Shown: positions 1 through 12,000 of the stretch, one piece after another
Position numbering within the stretch: position 1 is the first letter of the stretch
How the letters are laid out: every line of letters starts with the position of its first letter
Origin: Balanoglossus misakiensis
Taxonomy: Eukaryota > Animalia > Hemichordata
Reading direction: 5' to 3'
Length of the DNA stretch: 64,000 bases
NCBI GenBank assembly: GCA_040954595.2
Contig: CM082591.2
Coordinates: 186,001-250,000, forward strand
Position numbers and translations under genes: made by a program
The notes under the pieces: model-generated
What the model was told of the DNA's origin: nothing
The model's database searches: none
What the model saw: the letters and a program-made list of their open reading frames with translations, nothing else

Positions 1-3000
1 AAATATGTATTCTTTCTCATAAAATTTTCATAGCACAATAGTAAATATGAGTAGATAACAAATGACAGGGAAGCTCACAACATTTATGAAAATATGTCAT
101 TACATTAGATACCATGAATTCTTTTGAAAGTTGTCTTTCTTCTGAGTTTACCTTCATTCACAATGCTATCAAACATTTTACCATTTGCTGCGCTTGGGGT
201 GAATATCTTTCCAAGACAACTTATGAAGCCATTGTTTAATATTCCAACAGCAACAGAAAATATGACAAACATTGTACAGCGACAACTGTGAGTCAAGTGT
301 GTTATCAAACAATTGCATGCTGAACAGTTTACTCCCCTGGCAAGAAGAACGCTAATTATGTTTTAGGTTGGGCATGGCGAAAGAGTTCGGAGTGATTCCT
401 GTTTAGATAGTGTGATATCCTTATGCAAATACTCAAGGAGTCAATACCATCGTCACCACGCTAAGCTAAGGTGTGAACCAATTTGCATATTATAAAGTGG
501 TCAAGTGTCACCCAGGAAAGGGTACTTAGAAAGTAGATGATATCTAACAAAACTTCGCTTGCATTTCACAATAATTTGGATTTGGATTTCAAGAATCAGG
601 TACCTTTATAAAATGACACCAAGTATGGAAATATTGACATCATATGTGTCACACTTCATCATGACACTCTTAAAAGTAAAGATCAATTTCCAATCTGCCT
701 GTCATCTAAGAAGTGCTTCAAAGATTATAGCATTAAGACTTATTGATGAATTATATCTGTTGACAAATTCAGTTTGATAGCACGGGATGTTCATGATGGT
801 TGAGGAAAAATCAAACACGAAACCTTGATGTGTCCTATATCCATATAACATTTCTGTATTGTATCATAACACGTGATCGGAAATCTAATATCTAGTGAAA
901 TCAGTGCCATAAAGTCACCGTCATGAAGCTGATTTCTTGGTCTGATCTTCATGTGACCTTCTCACGATCTTGAATGTAATCTAGCTGGAGTCTGCAGTGT
1001 TGAAACTGGCAGAAGAGATAGAGAAAGAAAACAAGAGATCAAGTTTCACTGTCTGTAAATAAGAAATGGTCTTTCACATTTTAGTTCATCGAAGCATGAA
1101 AGAATTATTCTGTTTCCACACGGCCTTTCATAGTGAAGGACAAAAACATTTACATTTAAATTGGAATCTCAGCAATTAAATGCAATATCGGAACAACCCT
1201 ATCTGTAATTGCCTTATCACGCCCAAACAGAATGTCTCTTAGTCGCTTCATATCCCCAAGTGGATCCCACGGAAATGACAAAAATTTTCCCAGAGCTACG
1301 CTTCCCAAATACTTTGATCCTCTGTTCATTAAACTCAGAACAAGTGTCTTTAGTGAGAGAATGACCTGCCAGATTATTATCACCACAAATGCCCACCTGA
1401 AATCTCAAAGTAATTACCTGTAATGGCCGACAATAGTTTGAAAATCTCAGCTGATAAGATTTTCACGAAGTGAAGTCGAGTAGATAAAGTTTTTAAAGCT
1501 TTTGTTCAGTGTACATGTACAACGTAATTATGTACCGGTAGGTATGTATATGTATGTAATCGAGCTACTCTGACATTATATAGTGACGAGTCCTTCTTGA
1601 AATTATAAAATACTATTATAATATTGTCATTTGTTATAGAAATTCTACTCATACCCAGCAAGTAAAAGATATACTTCGCATTGTATTTAAAATACAACGT
1701 ATCAACAAGGCTATTAAACCTCTGAGGCCCGAGGGTATCTCTGCTTCATTGTCAAGTTGAAACTTACATTGGCATTCATGCATGCATGCATGACTTGAAT
1801 GAATAATGTCAAAGTTGCAATGACAAGTTTGCGAACTGTGTCAATTTGATTCAATGGCAAAAGTTTTCAGCAAAGAATGGGAAATCAGAACCAGTCATTT
1901 TTTTAATTGAAGCTGAGCATGTAATTTTTAGGTTATACACCAGGGCTCGGCCACTCAAAAGAAGACTGCATTAAATAACGTGAGTAAGATGTGACATCAC
2001 CTCCTGGCCATCAAACCATTGCTGTTATCACATGATAGCACAATCAAATTGATAAAACGACAGTGTTTGGCTGAGCTGGCCAGGCAAAATTTTACAATCT
2101 CGTAAAAGGGATTGCCGAAGAGTCAATTTAATTGTAATCTCCTTTAAAACCAATTGATCGGCAAAGCCAATGATATTAACAATTTAGTGAATTATATGTA
2201 CATGGTTATTGATGATTTCTAATGCAATATACGGTATATAATGTTAGTAATTGAAATAATGTGCGTTCTTCACAAATGTATCTTAATCAAAATACAGCGC
2301 TGAATACACATTGTAAAACGTCTAGCTGATGCGTTTCATCACATTCAACAACCATTTCATATGTGTGTGCTAAGAAACTCACACAAAACTCATTTTGGTG
2401 TGTTCTAACTAAGTGACTTTTTTGTGCTTACGTGAAATATTTGAACTATAGCTACATAAAGTACCATTTAAAATGAAATTATGTCCTCTGTGTTAAATAA
2501 TTTATTCTGGTTATTAACAGAAACTATGAACTAATTTTACGTTCAAAAATTTAATTTGAACTTTCCACTTTTGTCATTCAAGAGCGTCGCTTTTCTGAAG
2601 TAAACCCATTATTCAATGTACTTGCTGTAATAGACTGTTGGACACTTAGCATGCAATTTCCACCGTTCTCATTTTAATACTTATCAATTTGAACCACAAC
2701 GTTTGTTTTATTGACCTTACGCCTACGTCGTTCGAATGTTACAGAGCAAGCGTTAATGGACTTAGGTGAATTCGAAGTTATAGATGTATGGCGTTTATAA
2801 AAATGTTCAACAACATCAACAATATCTCAATGAAAGTGGCAAATGTTCTCTTATTCATAGCACAATACATTATTATCTGTGTATGGAATCGTGTTCCATC
2901 AGAAAACAAGCAAACATGTTGCAAATTACAGGAAAGACCAACCGTTTGTGAAATTCAGTTCAGAAAGCATTCCTTTGCTATACCCGGGGAGGGGGGGATG

Positions 3001-3137
3001 GGTTATGGCGGGGTATGTGAAACATGCGAACTTGAAGACGGGATGGGATGCCAATGTTTTATGAATGAATTGAGTCTACAACTCACTCAAAACTTCTCTG
3101 TATTTTAATTGTTTCAGATCACAGAATAACCAAGACT

Positions 3138-4537
3138 ATGAATAGGCTGATTGTCATCACATTTGCTTTCCTTGCAACTCTTTATGTCACATGTTTCATT
3201 GATGTGACAGCAGCATACGATGACACAGAATCGTAAGTATTTTATATTTTATGTATTTTTTAAAACGTCGCCATGTGAGCTTTAGATCTGATGTTAACAT
3301 TATTACTAGTTTTCTTTGCATACCTCTGTCAGAGAGAAAACACACTTGTTTAATCAATTTTCTTTGATTGACAGGGATGATTTAGAAATCCCACCAAATT
3401 ATTGGTCACAACAACTGGCAGAACTCACAGAACTTGTTAAGCTTGGAGAGCAAGTCCTTGCCGAAAAGTTTGCCAAAGAAATGTAAGTAATTATATTCCT
3501 TGTCACCTACAAACATCTAATCTTAAGCAGAATGGACCTTTTTTGTTAAGGTGGTAATTAGAAATATGAAAGTGGTGCCTTCTACATTGGAATTCCTACA
3601 GAAATGTACTGTAGTTCAGATTTACATAAAAAATGGCAGTGACGCCGATCCCTTTACCCGTAGTAAATTTCAAGACAGTGACGATTGTTTTTGCTGATTT
3701 ATGCACACCAACGTGAATGGTGCAACAATCTTCAAGTTGTCTTAACCATGTGTAACCTTTTACATTTGTTTTCTAATGCCGGAAGGTGTTGAAAATTGAC
3801 AATATTACATTACAGTAAACCTTCTTCATAGGACATCTTATAAAGATTTCACGGATAGTGCAAGTTGTGGAAAACACTATCCTTATATTGGATTGGCAGC
3901 TGTATTAGTGGAGAACCCAGGTGTTCAACTAAGAGGAAATGTGATATTTTGAAAAAGATGACATACAATAAGGATTGTATGATATACAGAACAACTTACG
4001 TGCAATAAGGGTTTTCAACACTCGTAAAATTGTGGTTTAAATTTTTCTCTGGGGCGTGCATTATGCATGTGTCTATTGATGTAAATCAATACAGTAAACC
4101 TACCGTCAAATCCAATAATGGGTTCATTGACTTTCAGCCTGACAAACTCCACCACCTGACGACATCTTTCTTATCTGTGCATTTCCCGCCAAATCGAAAT
4201 CTTTAATGTGCAATTAATATTAATATGTCTGACGTCCCTTGCTATTTGTAGACCGACTAGTTCTCAGAAATGTAAGAATTCAACAATATAATATTGTATT
4301 TTCTGGTTTTGGATGGTACATAGCAGAGTATACTGCTCATTCATTTTATCTCATGATGACAATGTTGCTTTTAGGGATGAACAGAAACGCGGACGAGGTT
4401 GTAGCTCCGCTGCAGTGTGTAGTATGACCAAAGCAACTCGACAACGAGTAAAAGGTTACCATCAGAGGCCGCCACTGTTTAGCGGCGTCGGAAACCCAGG
4501 ACGAAAGCGACGGGGCGTAGAAAGTGACCTGGCGTAG
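3138..4537 (+). CDS. Calcitonin-type neuropeptide precursor, isoform A (CT1 exon), 121 aa
   Basis: Exons 3138-3232, 3375-3482 and 4375-4537; both introns are GT-AG and phase 2. Signal peptide MNRLIVITFAFLATLYVTCFIDVTAA, then an acidic propeptide, then KR|GRGCSSAAVCSMTKATRQRVKGYHQRPPLFSGVGNP-G-RKRR. The Cys-x5-Cys ring and C-terminal Pro-Gly-basic site (Pro-amide) are the calcitonin-family hallmarks. Confidence 0.9.
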
Positions 4538-4842
4538 TGATTTTTTAAGTAGTTGCAGACTAGCGTGAGTAGGCACAAATCGTTCATGCACTTCTGTAAA
4601 TGATAACAACCATGCCTAATTTTGTGCACACTTTTCTTTCGTTATCTTGCACAACACGCACACCAATCAGGAAAGCCTCCAAGCGTGGAAGAGGAACCTG
4701 TGGGGGGTTCGCTGGCTGCGCTCCACTACATGCTAGTCGGCTATCAGCCTATAAGACTAACAAAAACGAAGGTGTATTCGGTGCAACCAGTCCTGGAAGA
4801 AAGAGACGAGCAACAGAAAATGTTGCTGACACACAAGCGTAA
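3138..4842 (+). CDS. Calcitonin-type neuropeptide precursor, isoform B (CT2 exon), 124 aa
   Basis: Exons 3138-3232, 3375-3482 and 4671-4842 (phase-2 acceptor caccaatcag|G). Encodes KR|GRGTCGGFAGCAPLHASRLSAYKTNKNEGVFGATSP-G-RKRR. The C-x5-C ring and FGxxxP-amide end resemble echinoderm calcitonin-type peptides. Confidence 0.9.
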
Positions 4843-5212
4843 AAAAATTGAGAAGGGAGTGAGTATCAATAACGCATGCGCAAACCGCTTTGTTCAAGCG
4901 GTTCATTTCTATGACAAGACAGGCTTTTGAGTTTTGAGACCTTCAGTCGTATATCTGCACAGGGCGCCCTCTATACACACAGCACAGCAAATCTCACTCT
5001 TTTGGTTGCAAGGACTCTTCACATTAATCAACCCATACTGAAAATAATCACAACAGTATATTTATCCACCCAGCATCCATTCACCTTCATGTACATCATC
5101 CAGCCTGTCACGTGACAAGAATCATATAGTTTATGTTCATGTTAACTCACATTGTATTAATTGGTAAATTGCATTATGTTAATTAGTCAACAATTTATTC
5201 ACATTACGACAG

Positions 5213-6223
5213 AGGATCTCAAATCTGTAGAAAGCCTGCCATCGATGTAAATTGTGTCTCTTCTCAGCGCAACATCCTTCTCTCTTTTTGGCTGCAAATT
5301 ATCTCTGCTGACTTTTCTCTGATCTTATAATCTGATCTAAATCTCTATCTAATCTTATCGTCTGCTTCCATCTTCTAACTTATTCTTGATAATTATTTCT
5401 GTAGTTCCTACCCTACATGTACTTCCTTAACCTAGACTAGTTATGTAGGCTTGTAGAATGAAACTTTTCAGTGTCCACGTCTGGAGTGCTACCTACAGAA
5501 ATACGGTATCGTATTGCATGTATTTATTCTCCACTAATAATCTTCTCTTTCTGTGAGTTAACTCAGTTTCCTTCATGTTGTCTTGGTGACTGTTGTCGTA
5601 GTCATATGTGCGTGTTTGATCGATACTACCTCAGGTCTATCCCACAAATTGGATAAATAGGATATTCTGATTGCTTAAATTCTGATTGAATTCTTATTTG
5701 TATAATGCTATAAAAGATCTATTTCCCTACAGTTGTTTGACTCTTCAAACAAGCACAGTTCACGACTTTGTGTGCCGTGTGCGTGAACGCATGCACAGTT
5801 TTATTCGGTGTAAAAGCACTCACTTTCGTTTTCCTATCTTTTCTCTTGTTTGGCTGCAGGTAAATGGTGCATCAATTTATTTTAATCACACCATAAACCA
5901 CCAAGAATTCTTTACACAGAGGCGCACCAGAGAGGACAACCAACAAACAAACAAACAAACCCTATAAACCTCAAGTGATCTTGCACAAATTTTGTATTCA
6001 CTCCCTGGATTTTAAATGTGGCATGGCTTTATTTTCTCACTTAAAATAAATTTACATGACAACGGTAAATGAAACTTGTTTAATTCATGTTTTGGAGAAA
6101 AAACACTGAACCACAAGTCAGCGTCGAGAAAAGTTGTAATTCTTTCTGTTTTAGTTTTGAAATGGAATGTATTTCACGGACTTATATTATACAAGAATAA
6201 ACATGCTTCTTTATTTAAATAAA
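5213..6223 (+). other. Probable shared non-coding terminal exon (3' UTR) of the calcitonin-type gene
   Basis: GTGAGT donors follow both peptide exons (4565 and 4859). Candidate acceptor acattacgacag at 5212. AATAAA at 6045, 6196 and 6218. Confidence 0.5.
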
Positions 6224-7291
6224 CTGATCTATGTTGAATAGCAAAATGTGTGAATATTGCGATTGTGGTTAAACTCAACAAGGAAACTGTTTCAAACCTT
6301 TATATCTATATATGTCTGTCTGCCTGTCTGTCTGTTGTCATTAGTGGAAATCAAAGTAGTTGCTTACGGGCCTGATGGTTTAGCATGTGTAACAATTTAG
6401 TCTAGCTACTGTGCTTGAGACGCCATCAACACTGGGCTCTTAAGTCGCATAATGTTATTTGATAACCTTATGGTCAAATACTTATGTGCAAAAACCACAA
6501 AAGAAAAGAAAACATCATATTTGTACTGGTTTGTACATTTGACCGTGAACCACTGCGTTATTGCAGATTGTCAAACTCTATGAACAAGATCATAGCAACA
6601 TAGAATTGTTTGCTTGTTTGCATCTGCTATTGTTACCTTGTTAACCAGTTTTCAATTAAAAGTAACCAGCACAAACAACCATCACATCAGAACCACGTGT
6701 TCTTTCTCTCGTCTAACAATTCATAGACATCGGCCAGTCACACTGAGTCAAGCTTTGGCCAATGTATGGAACCCACATCGAGTATATTCATGACCACGAC
6801 ATCCTGACGGATTTGATTTCGTACCTTTATCCACGGAAGCAGTGATGCATGAATTAATCTGAAAGCAGTCCAGGGGCTGATTGATACAGAGATTAGGACT
6901 GCTTGGAAGTTGGCGTTGGCTACACGACTATGTCTCCTGCAAATACACATTTGTTTCGTGCCCCAGAGGGACAATGAATAGATAGATGAATGCCAACGTA
7001 CGCCTTCTAGTCTTTGCACATAATCTCACGAGGGATAGTCCAATAAAACTTTAATCCTGTGGTATCAGATATTCAGAGACTGCATACTATGCCATGTACC
7101 GGTATATCCCCATCGGGTATTGGCAAAATTGGTCACTTTTGTATTGGTTGAATAGTTAGGCAACAAAAGGCTCAAAATTCTTCAGAGGAGTTTGGGAGTT
7201 GGAAGTCAACTTGGGAGGAAAGGGAGACAAAGGAATACCAGTCAATAGAATAGAGACTATTTCACAAATGTGAAAAGTACATGTAAGGTGC

Positions 7292-7297
7292 TTTATT
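7292..7297 (-). terminator. Candidate polyadenylation signal (AATAAA) for SCUBE
   Basis: TTTATT on the + strand about 1.8 kb past the SCUBE stop, at the end of an AT-rich UTR-like stretch. Confidence 0.35.
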
Positions 7298-9096
7298 ACA
7301 ATACACTTGTTGTACAGACTTTGTGCATGACTTCACGTCATCATCTTAGGTACATAAAAAGGATAATTTGCATAACAAGGTTACGCAGGTCAAATTCTAA
7401 GAAATTCGCTTCCTTGGAAATGTGTCACTACTTTTGAATCTGATAACAAATTTGATTAAACATGAAATGTGACAAATTTAACCTTAAAGGGCAAAGACAT
7501 AATCCTGTGGTGAAAATACAGATTTAGAAAATGCCGGTAAAACATGATTTTATAACATTTCAATACAGAGAAGATTGGAATATGTCAAGATGGTTGTCTC
7601 CAATGTTCAATCGGTATTAAATAGTTAGTATCTCTATTATTCTCAAAAATACAGGAACTATATTTGAAGCGAACACGATTAATTAACAAAGACAATGACA
7701 TTGGTAGCAATAATGCGCTATATTGTACGTACAAAGTCCACATTAAGAAAATATATAATAAAAATACTCTGCGTGATAAAACAAATACATGTTTACTTAA
7801 GTTAATGTACAAAGTTTGCAATAAATCTGTCCAATACTAAGAGTTTAAAACTGACCATCTACCAAAAACAGGCAGTCGCATCAGTGCAATAAGGTCGCAT
7901 CTGCATATTTTCATATTTTTACAGGAGAGACAAAAGTGCTATGTAAATATTAAATGGGCAAGTTATTCCATTGCAAAATGTGGTCTTTTAGGTTACCAGG
8001 TCTTCATATTTATGTTTTCTGTTTGCAAACATGTACATCCATTACTCAAAAGTCATTTTTGGCAATCCTGTAAAATATTTGACAAGTGCAGATACCACCT
8101 TATAGCTCCGATACGATAGAACACAGTAATAGAATATACTGAAGCAAGTATGTTTTACTTTCAGGTGGCAACAGGACATCAAAATAAAAATACCACTATT
8201 ATAGATGAAAACTACTTTTGTAAATTGCATAGCATAACATTGTAAAATATATATCTGGTGAGATTCTAAATGTTACGGAGTGACTAGAATACAATAAAGC
8301 TGACAACTAGGTAATTTGCAAAGTATTCTGTTTACTTCATAGCCTGCAAAATTTACTCTTGAACGCAAATAGATAAACTTTACACTTTATACAATTCATG
8401 ACAAGTCAAAACCTTGCCTCAGACACATGAACTACTGACCATGGCGACCGTCCATCGCAATATACACTGGAGTGATTCTTTTAATATCAATATCAGTTAA
8501 TTTTCTCACCGTATTCAAAAATAAAAATTTCATAAAATAGCAGGATGAATTCTATTCTACAACTTAAGAAACAAAAAGCTTGATTTGTTCATGTCAGAAA
8601 CAAACCTCAAAAACACTTGTAGTAACCTTTAATATCTGGACTTTTCTGACTGATGTCAACAAGATTTTGCATGTCAAAGAAAATTACAGCTTTATCCCAA
8701 TCAACAAATCATATCATGAATATAAGATTAGACTTTTGTCAGATATATTTGGGCGAGAAAGACTCTCACTAGTAAAATTATTCCCTCATTCCTGAAACGT
8801 AAATATCAGGGTCCCTTGTCGGCAGATGCTCCTACTGACTCGGTTCAAGGTAAACCCATTTGACAGAAGCTTTTTAAGATCAGAATGTTGTTAAAACAAT
8901 ACACATTCTGAAAATTCATAATCATATAATCTTCAAAAAGGACCGCACCTTTTGTTGAGTTGTATAGCTCAGTCGTAGGAAAATACACTGACACTCAAAA
9001 GTCAACAACAATCTTCATTTTACCATCACGTCCATTTTTTTAAAGATAACTTTGGATTCAATGTTAAAAAATATATTCTTGAATAGACTCAATATA

Positions 9097-12000
9097 TCAT
9101 AAAGGCCTAAGGAATCTGGAAACTTTAGAACGAAGAAGTTTAATGAAAGATTTTGGAAACATTGACCTAGAATCTTCTTGGGTGTAACGAAAGTAATGTT
9201 CCGGAAATGCAATTACGTCAAACAGTGCTGCTACAAGTACCTTGTCCTAGAAAAAAAAAATTGATTTTTAATTACTCTCTCGTGCTATCAATACAACATC
9301 TCAAGTCCCATCAAGTTGACCAGATTGTCCGTAATTAAGGCATGCAAATTGTTTTGACATATGCCACCAGTCTGAGAGTGCCACATATTTCAAATCTGTT
9401 GATGTAACAGGATGTTTAAAATCAATAACGGAAATGAAACAAAATAAGAAATACCTTAAGAATCTCTTGATGATGATCAGATTCATACAGACGACCATCA
9501 CGTACAATGTCAGAAATAAGATCTTGATAATTCTCTACAAAAAAGTGAAATTTTTGTCATGGTTGGTAGTCATGTCAAAATATTGAACAACCAAAGCAAA
9601 ATCTGTGCGACTTCCAGTGGATCAGAAAATATACACAAGAGTTGAACTTAATATGACCAGATAAGCACAGAACGGATACCCATGTTGTGGGGGAAAAAAT
9701 TGAGAAACTTGCAAATTAGTAATTGCCTCATTTGACTATTCTGATTGAGATCTCGGTTGATCACAGATGTATAATTGCAAAAGTTAACCAAAATGTAAAT
9801 TAGCAATTTCTTGACAAGTAGTTCTTCTGATACGTACCATCATAAGTCACGTATGGAATCTGAAAACCTTTTGCACTAATTCCACTGTTAGTTTTAAATC
9901 GAATCCACAATCTGCGCGAGCTGGCAGTGAAGGCTATGGGCACACTGTATGTCCGACATGTCTCGTATGTTGTCACAGAGTATGGACTAGCTGTTGGTAT
10001 GAACCCATCAGAAAACTGGTTAGAAAATCAAGATCGCAAGTTCTATCAAATTATCTTTGTTTCATTCTTTATATCTCTGGACACTTGCCCATTCATATAC
10101 ATCATACACATAATTGTTTTGAAATGTGTGTGACATCAGGTGTTGCATAAATACATTCACCTCGCATCACACCAAGTCAGATACACTTACAAGATTTTCG
10201 CATAACAAGTTGATCACCACAAGGATCATCTGGGTCATTGGCCAGAAATATTTCAGGAACTACAACTAGAATTCTTCGTCCTTTTGGCGGAACGATACTC
10301 CATTCACATTCAATATTGGATGGATAGTCACCGGGGTAGTTCGGACTCTCAATGAATCCTGTATAGTCATCTATGAGCCCACCACAGGTTCTATCTGTCA
10401 AAGCAGTAAACAGATATGATGGACATCAGTACACCAATATCAAGAAATGTTTTTCTTTCTGTATGTTTTCCTTTATCCTTATTAAAATACGACGTGTTCT
10501 CACGATTTTTTGCTCCTGGTGATAGATTCGGTCTTTTTATCCAGTGTTATGCGCTTTTTTCATAGAGTTTGTTTTGGTCTCTGAGAATATCATTTTAACA
10601 ACCTTTGCAGGCAGTAGGTTCAGACGCGCCGGGTTCGTCCGTCGTAGTGCCCCCTGGACATCGCACACAAAAATTCTGCGTAAAATCTGGTTGATAAGTG
10701 CCTATTGGACATTCTTGACATGAATGTGTTGAAATGTTGTAATAACTGCCTGGTACACATCGTTCTAAGAAAGAAAAGGAAGATAATTTATAAAGTTAGA
10801 AGAAAACGTAGACAGTTGAACAATGAATCATTACACTTACAAATCTATCATGTTGTCTTATTTAAATGGCTTCAAAAACTCCCATAGTTACCCTATAATT
10901 TAATTAGCACTGCAGCAATATACCAATTTTATTCAAGTTTGGTCAGCCTTTGGAAATATCGGTGTGCAGATAGCCACCGACACATATCTAGGTGGAATAG
11001 TATGTCCATTGATCAGCCACTACGTATGAGAACATACCTCTAACAGTACAATCTGCAAAATTAGCGCCCCCAACGGTCGTGGTAGTTAAACCTGGACCAC
11101 ATGGAAAACACGATGTCCTGCCTGGCTCAGGTTGATAGGTTCCCAATGCACACAATGTGCATGGTCTGAAACTGTCAGCAGAATGTTCACCAGGTCGGCA
11201 CTGACCTGTTGAAACAAAATATGATAGCTACACCCGTTAAAGTTGCTTTACCCAATCTTTGAAAGGTGAAATTCATGAACTCATCCAAATGTTCTCACCA
11301 AAATGCAATAACCGATGACCTGTGACAGTTTCAAAGACCAGAGACATACAAAGCAGCTTTTGTGTTCGGCTTGCACAGAATGAAAATATATATATCCAGA
11401 CAGAAAATACAGTCACTGATCGACTTGCTACTAGCTGTTATGATGATGTGGTAATCACACTTACTACCACATTCCGATATGTTCCGTGCTCCTAGAATTC
11501 CATTGCTACCATCAGGACATTTGTTACAGGATAGTTGCCCTTCTTTATCCTGGTACGTGCCCGCAGGACAGGGTACACATATATTCTCGGCAATGTCGTA
11601 CGAAGTACCAACACTACATGCCACTGATTAGAAAAAGAACAAAACTTTGGTGTTATGAACTAGTGACAATGTCCAATCTGATTGTCCCCGTATGTCGTTT
11701 GTGCATTGACAAATAGTTGTCTGGTGCTAGGGATCTCATAAACGGTTAGCGTTCATGACTTGTGTTCTGTAAATTATTGAAATGTCCAGATGCATTTCCA
11801 TTTATTGCATTTCTTTAAACATAATGTGTTGAATTATGAGTGCAATGAGTCTCCTGTAATCAACTTCTAGTCTCTGTGTAGAATCCTTTTTCTTAACCAA
11901 CAAACATGGCGAACACCAGGGCAATGTTTACTCAACCAACATGCCTTTGTCTACCAATGATTGAACTTCTATTTCAAGCTTTTTTTCCAAAGTGGCGCAC

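Noticed and set aside
1156-1423. Overlapping short ORFs on both strands near the window start, one containing GKR
   Set aside because: No signal peptide, recognisable domain or coherent exon chain
1932-2765. Candidate 5' non-coding exons of the calcitonin gene (donors at 1980 and 2766)
   Set aside because: The acceptor at 3117 implies such an exon, but I cannot choose between candidates without transcript data
4622-4930. 102-aa ORF overlapping the CT2 exon in another frame
   Set aside because: Shadow frame with a non-ATG start and no motif; the peptide frame explains the region
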